Source: Callorhinchus milii
Taxonomy: Eukaryota
NCBI RefSeq assembly: GCF_018977255.1
Contig: NW_024704743.1
Location: forward strand, 24,864,001-24,928,000
DNA: 64,000 nucleotides
Direction of reading: 5' to 3'
The translations under genes were made by a program, and so were the position numbers. Shown one piece after another: positions 1 through 13,410 of the stretch. The notes beneath the pieces are model-generated. The model was not told the origin of the DNA and searched no databases. It saw nothing but the letters and a program-made list of their open reading frames with translations. Every line of letters starts with the position of its first letter. Positions within the stretch are counted from its first letter, which is position 1.

Positions 1-136
<136 letters not shown>

Positions 137-899
137 TAACTACAATTATTCCCTGTATATTTTTAATGACTCTGTTATTGTGCAACAGTTCATCTTGTGA
201 TAAAACCAAGACCACGGAATTACTGAATAAAATCCAGTTCTCTTGCAAACCTTAATTTGGAGAGGGATGTTATTTCAATCTGGTTATTGATTGAAAAGAT
301 GTATGAGGTTGATAACTATATATCTAATACCACAACGTACTTGTATAAATATATATATTATTGTACTTTTAAAAAATTCTGTATTGCAGAATTAGTATTA
401 TGATAATAAGATTTGTATTTTAAAGTAATCCACATGTTGAATAACACATCAATTTTGTAGCACATTTCTTAAATGGAAATGATCTACAACAAGTCAATTT
501 AGCGCTGTAAGATACTGCTCTATTTTAAAAAGAGAATAATTGTAAAAATAACTTGATGTGTGACTTGTACAGTTAAGAATAGATGATTATTATTCTCTAT
601 TGCCAAGAACTTTTCTACCAGGTTTCTGGCCTCTGCCACATTTTAGCCAGCCACTATGATGTACACGTAATTGGCCTGGTGATAACTCTCCCTCTGATTT
701 TCCTTCCCTCCATATCTGGTATTTGATCTCAATTCAACTCATAGCTGAGCTCAGGAACTTGGTATAAAGTGCGTGGGATTCAGACATGTATCCCTTCACT
801 CCATGGTGCCACACATTTTTGCATTAGGTTTACCGTTGTGCTTTCCAGACAGTAATATTATATTTCTAATTGTTGAAGATCATGGACAAATAATTTTGA

Positions 900-1166
<267 letters not shown>

Positions 1167-2112
1167 TGAAAACTGTTAAAAATATATAACCATTTTAATT
1201 CTGTATTGCATGCACTGTGGTATGTTTTCGACATAAAATATGATAATAAAAGATTCCATTCAACTTTAATAGTCTAATAGTAGACCCAGTTGCTACACCA
1301 CTAATGTCTGTAATTCCTCCCTTTACCTCTCCATGGCCCACCCCCACCCCCATCTATCTTTAAATCATGCCTAAAAACATATCTCTTTAACAACATTTGC
1401 AGTCATCTCCCCGTGCCCTGTACTCCTCCACTTTTCCCTTGTTCTGTGGAATTACTTCAGTCATTCACTTTATAGTTGTTTGTGATACATTGGTGGTGCA
1501 AATTGCTGCTGTGTGCCTTCAAAAACAGTCCCATTGCTTGACTGAGAAGCACCTTGAGGCGCCCCAACATAATAAGGTGCACTGAAAACATCAGGGCCAT
1601 TACATGAAACAATACGTTACCTTTATATGCAGAAAGTAATAGGCAAACTTAATATATTTCTAAAACAACCATTTGCCTGCAAAATTTGTGGCTTATTCAT
1701 AGGATGCCTTGATTCATTTTTCAGGTTATTTGTGCTTCCAGAAACCAAAAGGGTTGAATTTGGATATTTCATATCCTAACAACTCTCTGTGCAAAAACAA
1801 ATCCCCAGTCACTTTGGTTCCTTATTAATTGTCTTAAATTGTAATTTATATATGAGAATAAACTGTATACGATTTCTAGTAGTTTATGTTGCTGATGGCC
1901 ACCTACTTAAGATTATCATCCTGTAATAATTATAGTCTGTAACTATTCTCTATCAATATAAACAAAATACTTTATAATAAGTTATCAAATAGAACATTTA
2001 TTGTACTCCTAAGAGATTGTATTTGGGCTCATTTTGAAATAAATCTTGTATTCATCAATTTACCAAAAGGTATATTCTATTGGTACAGATTATTTGTCTC
2101 TGTCTTTTTTAG

Positions 2113-2298
<186 letters not shown>

Positions 2299-2326
2299 TG
2301 ATCACTTTATTGTCTTTGTTTTCCAG

Positions 2327-2347
2327 TACAAGGATTCTGAACCTTTG
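2327..2347 (+). CDS. COL6A1-like: col6a1-like exon (~ex6, 21 bp)
   Basis: YKDSEPL; ttccag/gtaaga. Confidence 0.8.
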
Positions 2348-2451
2348 GTAAGATATATTTTAACCTCAATCGATTACGATTTAGATTTTTCAACATATAT
2401 TTAATTTTATTGAATGGGTGCATTATTGATATATCTATATTTGTTTTGCAG

Positions 2452-2472
2452 TGCTGCATCTACAGTTGTGAG
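2452..2472 (+). CDS. COL6A1-like: col6a1-like exon (~ex7, 21 bp)
   Basis: CCIYSCE; tgcag/gtaaga. Confidence 0.88.
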
Positions 2473-3092
2473 GTAAGATATGGGGTGTCTTTTTTAAAAT
2501 ATATTTTCCAATATTAAGATACAAATAGAAATTCAGATTAGGCAAAGGTACACTAACTAAGTAATTGCCAATGAAGCCTGCAGGCCATTGTATGGTTGCA
2601 GCTGAAAAAGCAAACAAACAAACTGAGACAAATTATTCATACCAATGATGGTTTCAAACTTTATAGAATTTACATTTGGGGAAATTAGGAATAAATAGAA
2701 ATCAGGCAAAAATACTTCACACAAATGATAATTGATATAATGAATAAGTCAACTGAGAAGGCCAATGGATTGAATAATATAAATGGATATATTTCTGGAG
2801 AAAGATGGAATTGAGGGAGAAACTTTTCATGTTGCTAAAGCATAGATAGCAGCATATATACAGAGCACTGAAAAGGCAAATAGGCACAGTATTCAAAATC
2901 ATTGCACTTAGTAACTTCAGGAATTTAATACCCCTAAATGCCTTATTTTCTTTGTAGTAATCCATTTAATAGTTAATAGAACACTGTTAGATTGTATGGA
3001 TTTGATGCAAATAAGTGAGATAGTGAAATTTAAAAAACTTCCTACGTGCATTTAGTTTCTCATTTTCTTTGTCATTTTCCTTTTATGAGCAG

Positions 3093-3137
3093 GCTGATCA
3101 TGGCATACCTGGAAGCCTAGGTGACCCTGGTGAAAGG
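3093..3137 (+). CDS. COL6A1-like: col6a1-like exon (~ex8, 45 bp), helix start
   Basis: ADHGIPGSLGDPGER. Confidence 0.9.
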
Positions 3138-3225
3138 GTATGAAACAATTTATTGTGAAGAACATCTATTTTAAAAATAATGGCTTGTACAAATACCTGA
3201 ACACATTTTTTCTAAATGTTTAAAG

Positions 3226-3279
3226 GGCTCTGATGGAAGAAGAGGATATGTTGGAAATGCTGGAGGTGTTGGTTCAATG
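3226..3279 (+). CDS. COL6A1-like: col6a1-like exon (~ex9, 54 bp)
   Basis: GSDGRRGYVGNAGGVGSM. Confidence 0.9.
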
Positions 3280-4216
3280 GTTTGTCATTTTTTGACTTAT
3301 TAAAAAATTATGTTCACAGCAGTTAATGTATGTAATAGTTTGCCATTACATTAAAATATTATTCTGGAACAAATCTTTCATGTCGCACATCAAATGAATT
3401 CATCAATATGCATTGCAGCCATTTAACACCAAACACATATTTACTTGTATTTAGGTTGCCATGAGAATGGCAACTGATTATATAATACTTTCTCTCATTT
3501 TTATGATCAGTTATTAATCATCATTAACTTCTTTTTCACAATTAAGTCACAGTCATTATTGCATCACTATAACACTGTCAGGCAGCAACATGGAATGTAT
3601 GAATTGGTGGCCTTCATCATAACCTCTGTCAGCAAAAACCCCACAGCAAATCCAGAATAAAATATTCTCAATCAACCTCATAGCATACATTGTTAATGGT
3701 TGAGTAGCAGTGATTGCAAGAAAATAACTTTATCAAATTGTTTAAATAATATTGTAAACTGTGAATGTGAAACCATTAGCAGTGGTTTACATTAGAGTTT
3801 AGCAATAATGAATGTGTGAGAGTATAGTTGTGTGGATTTAAGGTCGGCTGTTTAGTTGGTAGATAAGATGCGTCAGGTCTGGTTTGACAATCAAGCAGAC
3901 AGTCTTAGTTCTGTTCTACTGAAAGTTCATTATTGATATTGAATCATCCTTTCATTTGGAAATTATGATTAGTTATGATAGGTGGATTTACCCGAGAAAG
4001 TTGCAATCAAAGGTCTTTCAATCGATTTTAAAGATATTTGTTCCAGTTGGCATATAATTAATTTCAACTGTACTTTAGATGAGAATTGAAGATACACAGT
4101 GGGCAATTTAGGGCAATTTCAAATGGATTGTGATTGAATGTTGATTTGTTCCTGCAGTCTTTTTAGAAATAGGTATTGGTCCTTTGGGAACCTGCTGATT
4201 TATTTTTTTTCTTTAG

Positions 4217-4261
4217 GGTGTTACTGGTGATATGAGTCCTCCTGGGCATGTAGGGGAAAAG
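4217..4261 (+). CDS. COL6A1-like: col6a1-like exon (~ex10, 45 bp)
   Basis: GVTGDMSPPGHVGEK (Ser at a Gly position). Confidence 0.9.
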
Positions 4262-4372
4262 GTCAGCTATATTATCACTGTGCATGCAGATTTTTCAGCA
4301 TTTATCTTAAGTTTTTTCCCCTTTGAATTGAACTGTGCTGTGCAGTTGACAAATATTATATTTATTTCACAG

Positions 4373-4399
4373 GGAGACAAAGGTGCTCGAGGTGCAAAG
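4373..4399 (+). CDS. COL6A1-like: col6a1-like exon (~ex11, 27 bp)
   Basis: GDKGARGAK. Confidence 0.9.
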
Positions 4400-5430
4400 G
4401 TATTGAGATGCAATGAATAGTTCCTCCCCTTCCCCAGGACATTGTGCAACTTTATCCATTTGGATTTATTTTCTTTGAAATCCACACTGAACCTAAAATG
4501 TAATATTCTATATACCCAAAGTGGGTTTTAAAACATTACTTTTCATAGCCAAACTCTTTAGCAAACAGTATTGAGTTTTTATAGAATAACATTTTCTTGT
4601 TTTCAATGTCATAGACCATTTCCAGCAGAATTGAAGACGTGTAAATTAAGAAAATGATGAAAAAAAAATATTCAGTAAATTAGGAGATTAGCTGCTTTAT
4701 ACTGTACATTAGTTATTAAACATGGTGTGTCCCCTTAGGTGTCAGTTGGTAGCATTCCTGCCCCTGAGTCAGAAGGTTTTGGGTCTCATCCCTCCATTGG
4801 GACCTTGAGTTCACAGTGCTGAAGGAGTATGCATTTTCAGTGGTGCTGTCCTTTAGATGAACATGAAACTGTAGACCCATTTGGCTGTTTGTGGGACATT
4901 ACTATGTGCAAATTGGCTGCTGTGATCCATTCACTGAGTAGCCATTCTTCCAATGTTGAGCGGCGGATTCAACGTGCTGCCACACTGACAATACGCCACT
5001 TGCTGGGTCCACCACTGGAAGCCACTTTATGTGAAATTAAATGGCTTGTGTGGTGTGAGCTTAGTGCTGCTTCTAAACAGCATGCAATCTTCGACCAACG
5101 CAGTGCATTTAAATCCCTTGTGAGACCTACACTACCCCCAATACATCCATAAATGTTTTAAATAAACATATGCACAAGAAGACTCACAAGAAATCAGTAT
5201 TGTGAAACTCTTTGTCATCATAATATCTTCGTCTGTAAAGTGTTTTACTGCAATACACAGAGGATAGCTGTCCTTGTCACCAGGTCCATTCCTTCTGACA
5301 CCATTTAGTTTTATGCACTTCTTGTATGATTTGGTGTTGTTGCTGAAATAGTTCTGAATTCCTCAATATTCTTTAAATGATACTATTGACATGGTTTTGT
5401 TCAGGATAATAGTTTGTTCATTTTCAACAG

Positions 5431-5457
5431 GGTTTCAGAGGATCTGCAGGGCTGAAG
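5431..5457 (+). CDS. COL6A1-like: col6a1-like exon (~ex12, 27 bp)
   Basis: GFRGSAGLK. Confidence 0.88.
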
Positions 5458-5544
5458 GTTCGATAATTACATTTCCTTCTAAAAATGCATTTATAATAAA
5501 TTCTGTAATTTTCTTTGCATACAATATTTATTTTTAATACTCAG

Positions 5545-5589
5545 GGAAATAAAGGTGCACCTGGTATTGAAGGAAGAGATGGGGATAAG
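5545..5589 (+). CDS. COL6A1-like: col6a1-like exon (~ex13, 45 bp)
   Basis: GNKGAPGIEGRDGDK. Confidence 0.9.
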
Positions 5590-6029
5590 GTATGGACAAG
5601 CTTCTTGCAATATAGTGTAATGGAATTAACCTTGGGGAGTTATATTTTGTTGTTTTTCTGCAATAGGCTTCATTGATCATTTTCATGAGTACTTCTTATT
5701 ACTTTTTTTGATGTTTAACCCTAAATGATCGATAGGTGGCAGAAACCCCACTCCCAGTGTGTAATGTTTCAATTCTTTTCTGCAACAAAGGCTTGTTTAA
5801 CATTTTTAATTAATCTTTTTTCTACATCAAATTATCGTCTCTTACCTTTTTGTTGTTTTAACATCAATATTTTTTAGATTTGATCGACTGAAGAGGGGCA
5901 AAAATCAAGCTCTCTCCCAGCCAAAAAATAAGATTGTACTGAATAGGCAGCCAAGGTCCTCATTGAGGAAAGATTAATTTTTGGTTAGGAAGAGAGTGGA
6001 TTTCTCCCCCTCGATTAATCCTTTCTAAT

Positions 6030-6320
6030 TGGTTAGAGCACTTGCCTTGAAAGCGAGACACCTGGGTTCAATTCCAGGCAGGGTGAAACCTTGGGCAAGT
6101 TTCCTTACTCCACACGCCTAATAATAATCCCTCCAAAACAAAACAATAATAAATTGGTCATTTTGAATCCACAACTGTTTGTGGGACACTGCGGTGCACA
6201 ATTGGCTGCTCCGTTTCGCCCACAAATATACGGTCAATTCACTTTACAGTCTATTCTGTGAAGCGCTTTGAGATGTCGAGAAGACGTGGAAAGCGCTATA
6301 TCAAGTGCAAGGATTATTTA
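6030..6320 (+). mobile_element. tRNA-derived Deu-core SINE
   Basis: B box GGTTCAATTCC, core TGTTTGTGGGAC...CAATTGGCTGC, L2-like tail. Confidence 0.8.
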
Positions 6321-6364
6321 CAATTCTACGCAAGATATGTAGTTGAATTAACGTACTTCCCAGT

Positions 6365-6920
6365 GTGAAGCAGCAAAAAGCAAGGCAACCAAGATGCTGA
6401 TCTATATTGCTAAATTAGTAGAGTTCAGATCCCCAGGTATACTCAAGGTATATAGTACTCTGGTCAGGCTGTACTTAGAGTATTGCATACAGTTCTCATC
6501 ACCACATACTACGAGAGTTGCTCAGGATCTATAGTTAGTGCAGATGAGAGCAACAAGGATGATCCCCAGTTTTAGAGGAATGAGCTGTGAGCAAGAATTA
6601 GATAAGCTAAGGTTCTTCAGTTTTGAGAGAAGACAACTCAGAGGGGATCTCATAAGGGTGTACAAAATTTAAAATGGAATTAAAAATCATAACAAAAACA
6701 ATGTTAGAATAAACAAAGAGGACATAAGTTTAGAATTACACAGGTCAATTTCAGGACATACACAGGGATGTTTTTCTTTACCCATAGGGTAATTAGTGAC
6801 TGCAAATAAGTTGTGTCCAGGATGCTGGACTCAATTAAAGAGCAGCTTGATGGGAGGGTGGGTTTTCTGGAAGGTTTAATCAGATGGGCCTTCTTCATCC
6901 AAATTAGTCTAGTGACCATG
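6365..6920 (+). mobile_element. Degraded CR1 LINE 3' fragment
   Basis: Y.TLVRLYLEYC.QF, FS.ERR.LRGDL motifs. Confidence 0.75.
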
Positions 6921-7094
6921 TGATTAAAAATTGTTTCTTACAGAAGTGTGAAGGCTGCATTACTCTATTTTTCTATTTAGTGGGCAAAAGAATGTTTCTC
7001 CACATGTCCGGCAGTGTTTCAGTAAATTACATCTGTTGTGTAACCTAAGTAAATCATGGGAAGAAAAGCCATAAATGGTCCCTTGTCTTTCTAG

Positions 7095-7148
7095 GGTGAG
7101 CCTGGTCCAGCTGGTTTACCTGGCTGTAGAGGAGATGATGGAGATGAT
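7095..7148 (+). CDS. COL6A1-like: col6a1-like exon (~ex14, 54 bp), helical Cys
   Basis: GEPGPAGLPGCRGDDGDD. Confidence 0.92.
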
Positions 7149-7745
7149 GTAAGTCGTGTCAGATTACTATTCACTCTTCTTTATTGAGAGTTAAAACTGG
7201 AATATGTTTAAGTAGTACCTGATTCATAGTCCTATGAAATAATCAATTGCATTAGCAGAGCACAGCAATAATTTAATACCACGAAGTTCGGCAACGGACT
7301 GAAAATTTGACTTTAATCAGTGTAACACAATTCCTATATGATCTTAGCCTAAGGGTAACAAAATTCCAAAACATTTACAAAGAGCTGGTCTTGTTTTGTC
7401 CAATTATGTGAAGAATAGGAATGTCTTATATTGCTTTCCCCCAAATCCATTGTTTGGAAGATGAAGTTGTTTAATTGGAACAATACGAGTTTTTGATGAT
7501 TTGACTGGGAAAATGAATGATTTTGCAATAAAGGTAGTAAATAGAAGCAAAATATTTAAAACCATGGTGTCAAAATGAATCAATACTCTATGAAGATGTT
7601 TATACCTTTGCCAATTTGAATGTGTGTACTGTATTAGCTCAGTGCCAATGTTAAAAAAAAGCTTAGCATGCCCAGAAGGGTATTCTGCACCAATAGAGGA
7701 CATTAATGTGAACTGAATGAATTTGCTTGTCATTCATAATTTTAG

Positions 7746-7808
7746 GGTGAACAAGGGTCCCCAGGGTTGAAAGGAGATCCTGGCTCCTTTGGCGCTAAAG
7801 GAGAAAAA
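7746..7808 (+). CDS. COL6A1-like: col6a1-like exon (~ex15, 63 bp)
   Basis: GEQGSPGLKGDPGSFGAKGEK. Confidence 0.92.
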
Positions 7809-8271
7809 GTAAGTCTTTATAGTGTGCAAAATATTATTCTCGAGAACTATCACAAATAAGTGAGTAAGCACAGCTTAGCGTTACCTTTATACCCAGCTTT
7901 CATTTTAGAATAAGATAAGCAGTGAAAATTGCAATTGTTTTGATTAAAAATGAAGAAACCAAGTAGCACTAGAGATTAGAAGATTTCCCCCTTGAGTAGT
8001 ATATAGTTTATAACTGGTTAGAGCTAAATGTTTTATGGATTGTAGGGATGTAAATATGGATATATTCATTGATCAGTGATATGGCCATTGTTCTTCATAA
8101 TATAAATAAATGATCTGGACTTGGATATGGAGGGTCAGTATCAAAATTAGCATATACACTGCAAAAATAGGGACCATAACTGGGTCTGAAGAGTTTGTTA
8201 AGGAACTATAGAAGGATATGAACGGATTAGTGGATTGAGCAGAGAGTGGGCAGATCAAATATAATGTACAA

Positions 8272-8850
8272 CAACAACTTGCATTTATATAGGGCCCTTC
8301 ACGTGGAGCATAGCCTTGGAGTACTTAAGAGCAGAGGAGTTTGACATTGATCTGATGAGAGGAGGGAGGTGACATTAGGCATGGTCAAAGAGGAAGGTCT
8401 TCTGAAGACGTGGAAGGAGGAGGCAAAGCAGGGGGATTGAGGCAAAGAGTTCCAGAGTTTGGGGGCTTAGTGGCTTAGTAGGCTGGAGCTAGCTGAGAGA
8501 AAGGGGCGGTTAGGAGATCATGAAATTGATCCATTCTGAAATAGAGAGCCATTGGAGACTGGAAAAGACTGGGATGTTGGAAGTGCGGAGTTTGGTGTGG
8601 GTGAGAATTTGGGCGGCGGAGTTTTGAATCATTTGGATTCTGTGACTGGAGTGCTAGAGAGGCTGATAAGAAGGCCATTGGGAAAATCGAGGCGGGAGTT
8701 GCCGAACGCTTCAATGAGGGTTTCAGTTGCGTGGTGTGTGAGATATAGTTGGAGGCAGGTAATGTGCCAGAGGTGGAGGAATACAGTTCTAATTAGGGAC
8801 TGGATGTGGGAAGGAAGGACGGCTGAGGATTGATACTGACACCTAGGTTG
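8272..8850 (-). mobile_element. Degraded L2 LINE 3' fragment
   Basis: Minus-strand SRLDF.N RT C-terminal motif; (CAA)n tail. Confidence 0.7.
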
Positions 8851-9317
8851 CATGATCTATGTTGTGCGCAATTGTTCTGCTGCATTTGCCTACAAATACA
8901 CGGTCACTCATAACCCACAGTAAATCATGTGAAGTGCTTTGAGATGTCCTTCCGACATGATAAGTCACTATATCAAATGATAGGCTTATTATTTATTCAT
9001 CTTGCAGTAAATTTAACAGTAGAGACGCTTAGTTAAAATTCATATGCTGTCAAAAGTTTGTTCTTTAAGCTACATAGAGTGATATCCCACAGTAACAGGC
9101 CATTTGTCCCATGTCGCTAATACATTCTGTTTAGTACAGTATTTAGCACTCCAGGACACTATCCTGGGTGAAAAGCACTGTATAAATACAAGTTATTGTT
9201 GTGGTATTTAATATATTTAGCTGATAATACTAATGGAGTATTGCTGACTAATGCACCAATTGAAAAAAAAGATCATAAAGAACTTCTTTTAAAAATATGA
9301 AAATATCTTTTCTTAAG

Positions 9318-9380
9318 GGTGATGTTGGTCCCCCTGGCACAACAGGGTTGCCTGGAGTACCAGGAATAACAGGACGAAAG
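9318..9380 (+). CDS. COL6A1-like: col6a1-like exon (~ex16, 63 bp)
   Basis: GDVGPPGTTGLPGVPGITGRK. Confidence 0.92.
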
Positions 9381-9574
9381 GTAATCTTTTAGAATCATTT
9401 ATTTAATTAATGCCTTTAGGACTTTTGCTTGTTTTACATTGATTTATGGGATAATTCATTGCAAGTTTAAGTCAGTGATTTTATTTGAAATCTATATTAG
9501 TGATTTATCAACTGTGCTGAAAATGCAATGTGCTATTTGAATTGTTTGCAATCCTGTGTCATTTTTGATCTTAG

Positions 9575-9628
9575 GGTGTGCCTGGATCAATGGGACCTAA
9601 AGGAAGCAAAGGACAGAGAGGTGATGAT
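9575..9628 (+). CDS. COL6A1-like: col6a1-like exon (~ex17, 54 bp)
   Basis: GVPGSMGPKGSKGQRGDD. Confidence 0.92.
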
Positions 9629-10609
9629 GTAAGTACATAAATGAAAGGCAATTAGTCGGCTGAGAAACGTAATGTGTAAAATGGACCCAGAAATCAGGGC
9701 CATCATTTCAAAACGTTTTTAATGATATTCCATAGTTATGGAACAGAATGCTTTTTTTTAGGAATAACACAAGTGTTTACCAAAATATCACAAAGCAAGA
9801 TGTTGTCTTCCACAACAGTTTCAAAAATACATGAAACTCTCACTTCTCTCACAATTGCAAAGGCAATTGTTTAAATTGTTTAAATAGATATGTCATGAAA
9901 GGCACTATTGAATTTTGTTGAGCCCAAAACAAAATATTTCATTACTAGAACAATTTTCTGTTTCCTTCTTCAAATTTTCTCTTCTCCTTGTCCTCCTCTT
10001 CCAAAGGCAGTTTTCTTTTCTACAAATGTAGCATGGTTACACAGGCATTAGGCTTCTCCTGGGACCTTGCCCCAATGGTCATTTTTCATATTTTTCAGGC
10101 TATTTTATTGCATAGGCACCACAGCCGTGCTTCTTAGAACCATTGAATTCACATCATATGTTGGTTCTTTGAAAGAGTAATCTTTCCAACGACAACTTGC
10201 ATTTATATACAGCGCCCTTCACAAGGTGCTAGGTCATGGTGCTTCCCTTTATCCTGTACCCCTGAATCTTACTCATTTTTAGATATATATCTAGTTCCCT
10301 CTTGAAAGTGAGTATGAATTCTACCTCGATACCGGCAGCCAGCAAAGCATTCAACATTCTAACAATTCTCTGTAAAATAACCCTCTCCTGACAACTGCAT
10401 CTTTCAGCAAGAGCAATTTCTCCTTTTTAACCAAAGTTCAACAAGGCCAATTGTTAGTGTCTTAGATGCTTCCTAAAGCCAACTCAGCTCAACTTAGAAT
10501 TTGAATCTGCAGATTTCTACACTGTGTATGACACAGTACTGCATAAGATGGTATCCTTACTGACTTGGCCATCAGAGGAGCCGAAAACATTTTGATGTTG
10601 AACGCATAT

Positions 10610-10972
10610 AATAATAATCATCCTTGCATGTGATATAGCTCCATGTCACGTCTTCAAGACGTCTCAAAGCGCTTCACCAAATATGCTGTAAAGTGAATTG
10701 ACTGTATATTTTGTTGGCAAAACGCAGCAGCCAATTGCGCACAGGAGTGTCCCACAAACAGTCGTGGATTGAGTGACCAAATTATTATTTTTTAAAGAGA
10801 TTATTACCCCTGGTAAAGCAATCCACCAATCGGCTAACAATCAGGTTCCAACTTACTGCTAGGTGAACAGAGCCTTGTGGAGTAAGGAAATTTGCCCAAC
10901 GTTTCGCCCTACCGAGAATCACACCCAGGTCCTCTCGCTTGCAAGGCGAGTGCTCTAACCACTAAGCTACAG
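10610..10972 (-). mobile_element. Same SINE family, minus strand
   Basis: Reverse complement of head, core and (TAT)n tail. Confidence 0.8.
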
Positions 10973-11389
10973 CACTTCAATGAAAGATTTTCTGAAGTTT
11001 GTTTTTGTTCTGTTAAAATGTAACAGCATTAAAGTATCACCAAATGTAAAAGTTTTCATGTGAGATATATGGGTAAAAATGTCCGATGAGAGTTATATGC
11101 AGTACCTTTGCCAATACACAATTTTAATGGGAAATCTCATTCGTAGCTGACATAACACTCACTGGAATAGTTTTGACAATTAATGAAAAACTGCACTTTA
11201 TGCCTGCATGTATGTCCTACAGCTGGCTGCTTTGTAACTATAGAAAAAGAGGGTCACATAAGTATACACTGTAAAAGGTCGGTAAATTTAGTGATAGTAA
11301 CACATCTAGAAATATTTCGATGTGTTCATAGTTGATAGCTAAATACGTACCAAGATTATTTTTTAAAAAATAACTTTTTTTATACACAG

Positions 11390-11425
11390 GGACTGTTTGG
11401 TACATCTGGAATTCCAGGACAAAAG
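11390..11425 (+). CDS. COL6A1-like: col6a1-like exon (~ex18, 36 bp)
   Basis: GLFGTSGIPGQK. Confidence 0.9.
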
Positions 11426-11837
11426 GTGAGTGTATTTTCTTTTTAACATCTACAATCAAGAAATATCATGAATCTCCATTATTTTTATTGGGAAATAAAC
11501 AGCAACGTTGACAAGCTTGAAGAGACAAGGATTAAATTAGTATTGTGCAACATAGCACACGCCAGGTAAACATATTACATTCAGCTAGTTTGACTTATCA
11601 CTCCCTCTGTTGAATTGAACTTCCAAATCAATCAGGTTTAATTAATTTAATGCTCTAACTAGAAACAGTTTGGGAATGCCACAAGCTTAACAGTTTGTTG
11701 GCTTCTGGTGATAAGCAGTCCGGACATGAGTACCATTTCAATGTTGCTTACTTCAGGCTAGATCAACGACTATTTTTATAGTTCAGTCATGTGCAAGGCA
11801 GCTGGGTGGCAACAGCTGAGTATGCCTCCAGCCACAG

Positions 11838-12226
11838 AAACATACCAGTACTTCTGAAAGGAGCTAACAGTTTAATTGTCAAGTTAAATGTAATCAATTC
11901 ACTTGGAACATCTATCACGAAAGCAGTAAAGTAATAAATTGGTTTATTAGGTTTAAAATTTGCTAAATCAATGATTTTAATTGCGAATACAGGTTAAATG
12001 ATAACATAAGTTAGTTTTTAACAGATCCATGCTGTTAAACATACCAGTACTTCTGAAAGGAGCTAACAGTTTAATTGTCAAGTTAAATGTAATCAATTCA
12101 CTTGGAACATCTATCACGAAAGCAGTAAAGTAATAAATTGGTTTATTAGGTTTAAAATTTGCTAAATCAATGATTTTAATTGCGAACACAGGTTAAATAA
12201 AAGTTAGTTTTTAACAGATGCATGCT
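11838..12226. repeat. Near-perfect tandem duplication, period 199 bp
   Basis: AAACATACCAGTACTTCTG... starts at both 11838 and 12037. Confidence 0.93.
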
Positions 12227-12856
12227 CACATTATCATATTAATTTCAACCCGACATTTTGTGCAACTAATGTGCACTGTTAATGACTGTGAAAATTATAA
12301 GAATGATTTTTTCAATCATTTAAGCCTTGCAAATTGTGGGGATTTCTGTACAGCTCTGCTGACTGGCGGGAAGATAGTTGAGGAGACTTCTTGGTAATGG
12401 CTATGTAAGTAAAAAATTGCAAGGGACTGATGTCACAATTATTTTCAATGCTGCTGTTCACATCTGGAATCTGGATTTAAATCCAACCCAAACCATGAGA
12501 TGAAAGCCTTGTCTCCATAGCTGTAGGGTTCTTGGATGCAATGAGTTTCTGCAGTCTTAATCAGGTTCTGTTCCAGTGGCTCAGAGAATGAGGTGTAATC
12601 AAGTGAAACAAAATGGCTAACATCTAGGCTTTGAGCGCTACTGATATCACTTCCTGTGTGTTGTATGCATGTGCACTATATACAAGGAGTGGAGCGAACA
12701 TCATTCTTGCAGCCAGCTGTCATGCACAGCAAATAAGATGTAACATTAAATGGTGCTTCCTAAGATTTGCACACAAATGTAGTAGTGCACAGGAAGTGTG
12801 CATCATGCAGAAAATGATATGAGCAGTGACCTGATAACCTCAAAAGTTTGCCATGT

Positions 12857-13410
12857 TTTAGGACAAGAAGCCAGCTACTCAGTGCTGGAAGCAAGTGTAC
12901 TCAGAGGTCTCCATAAAGTTTGGTCCCCACAACATGGGGTGGCTCCCCAGGCTCAAGAAATAGCACAGAGGAGAGCAACGAAAATGATGCCCAGAGTTGG
13001 AGAAATGAGCTATGGGCACGGATTAGACAAGCAAGGGATCTTCAGTCTTGAAAGGAGGTGTCTCAGAGTAGACCTTATAGAGGTGTGTAAAAATTTGAAA
13101 TGGAATTACAAAGGAAAACCCAGAGCAACACTTCACGATGCACCACAACAGTAAAATAAGAGGACATGGGTTTAAAGTTGCAAAGGGAAATTGCGGGAAA
13201 CTGGGAAGTATTTTTTACCCAATGAGTAATTGACAAATTAACAATCACGAATAGGTTGCCAAAAAGGGTAACTAAGGCCACAACACTGAATTCATAAAAC
13301 AAACACTGATTTTTTTTAAGAAAAGCTTGATGCTGTGATGGGAAGACAGTAGGTGTTCTGGAATCATAAGACCGAAAAGGCCTTTTTGATTCAAATCAAT
13401 CTTTGTGAAA
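12857..13410 (+). mobile_element. Degraded CR1 LINE 3' fragment
   Basis: QRRATKMMP, FSLERRCLRVDLIEV. Confidence 0.75.
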
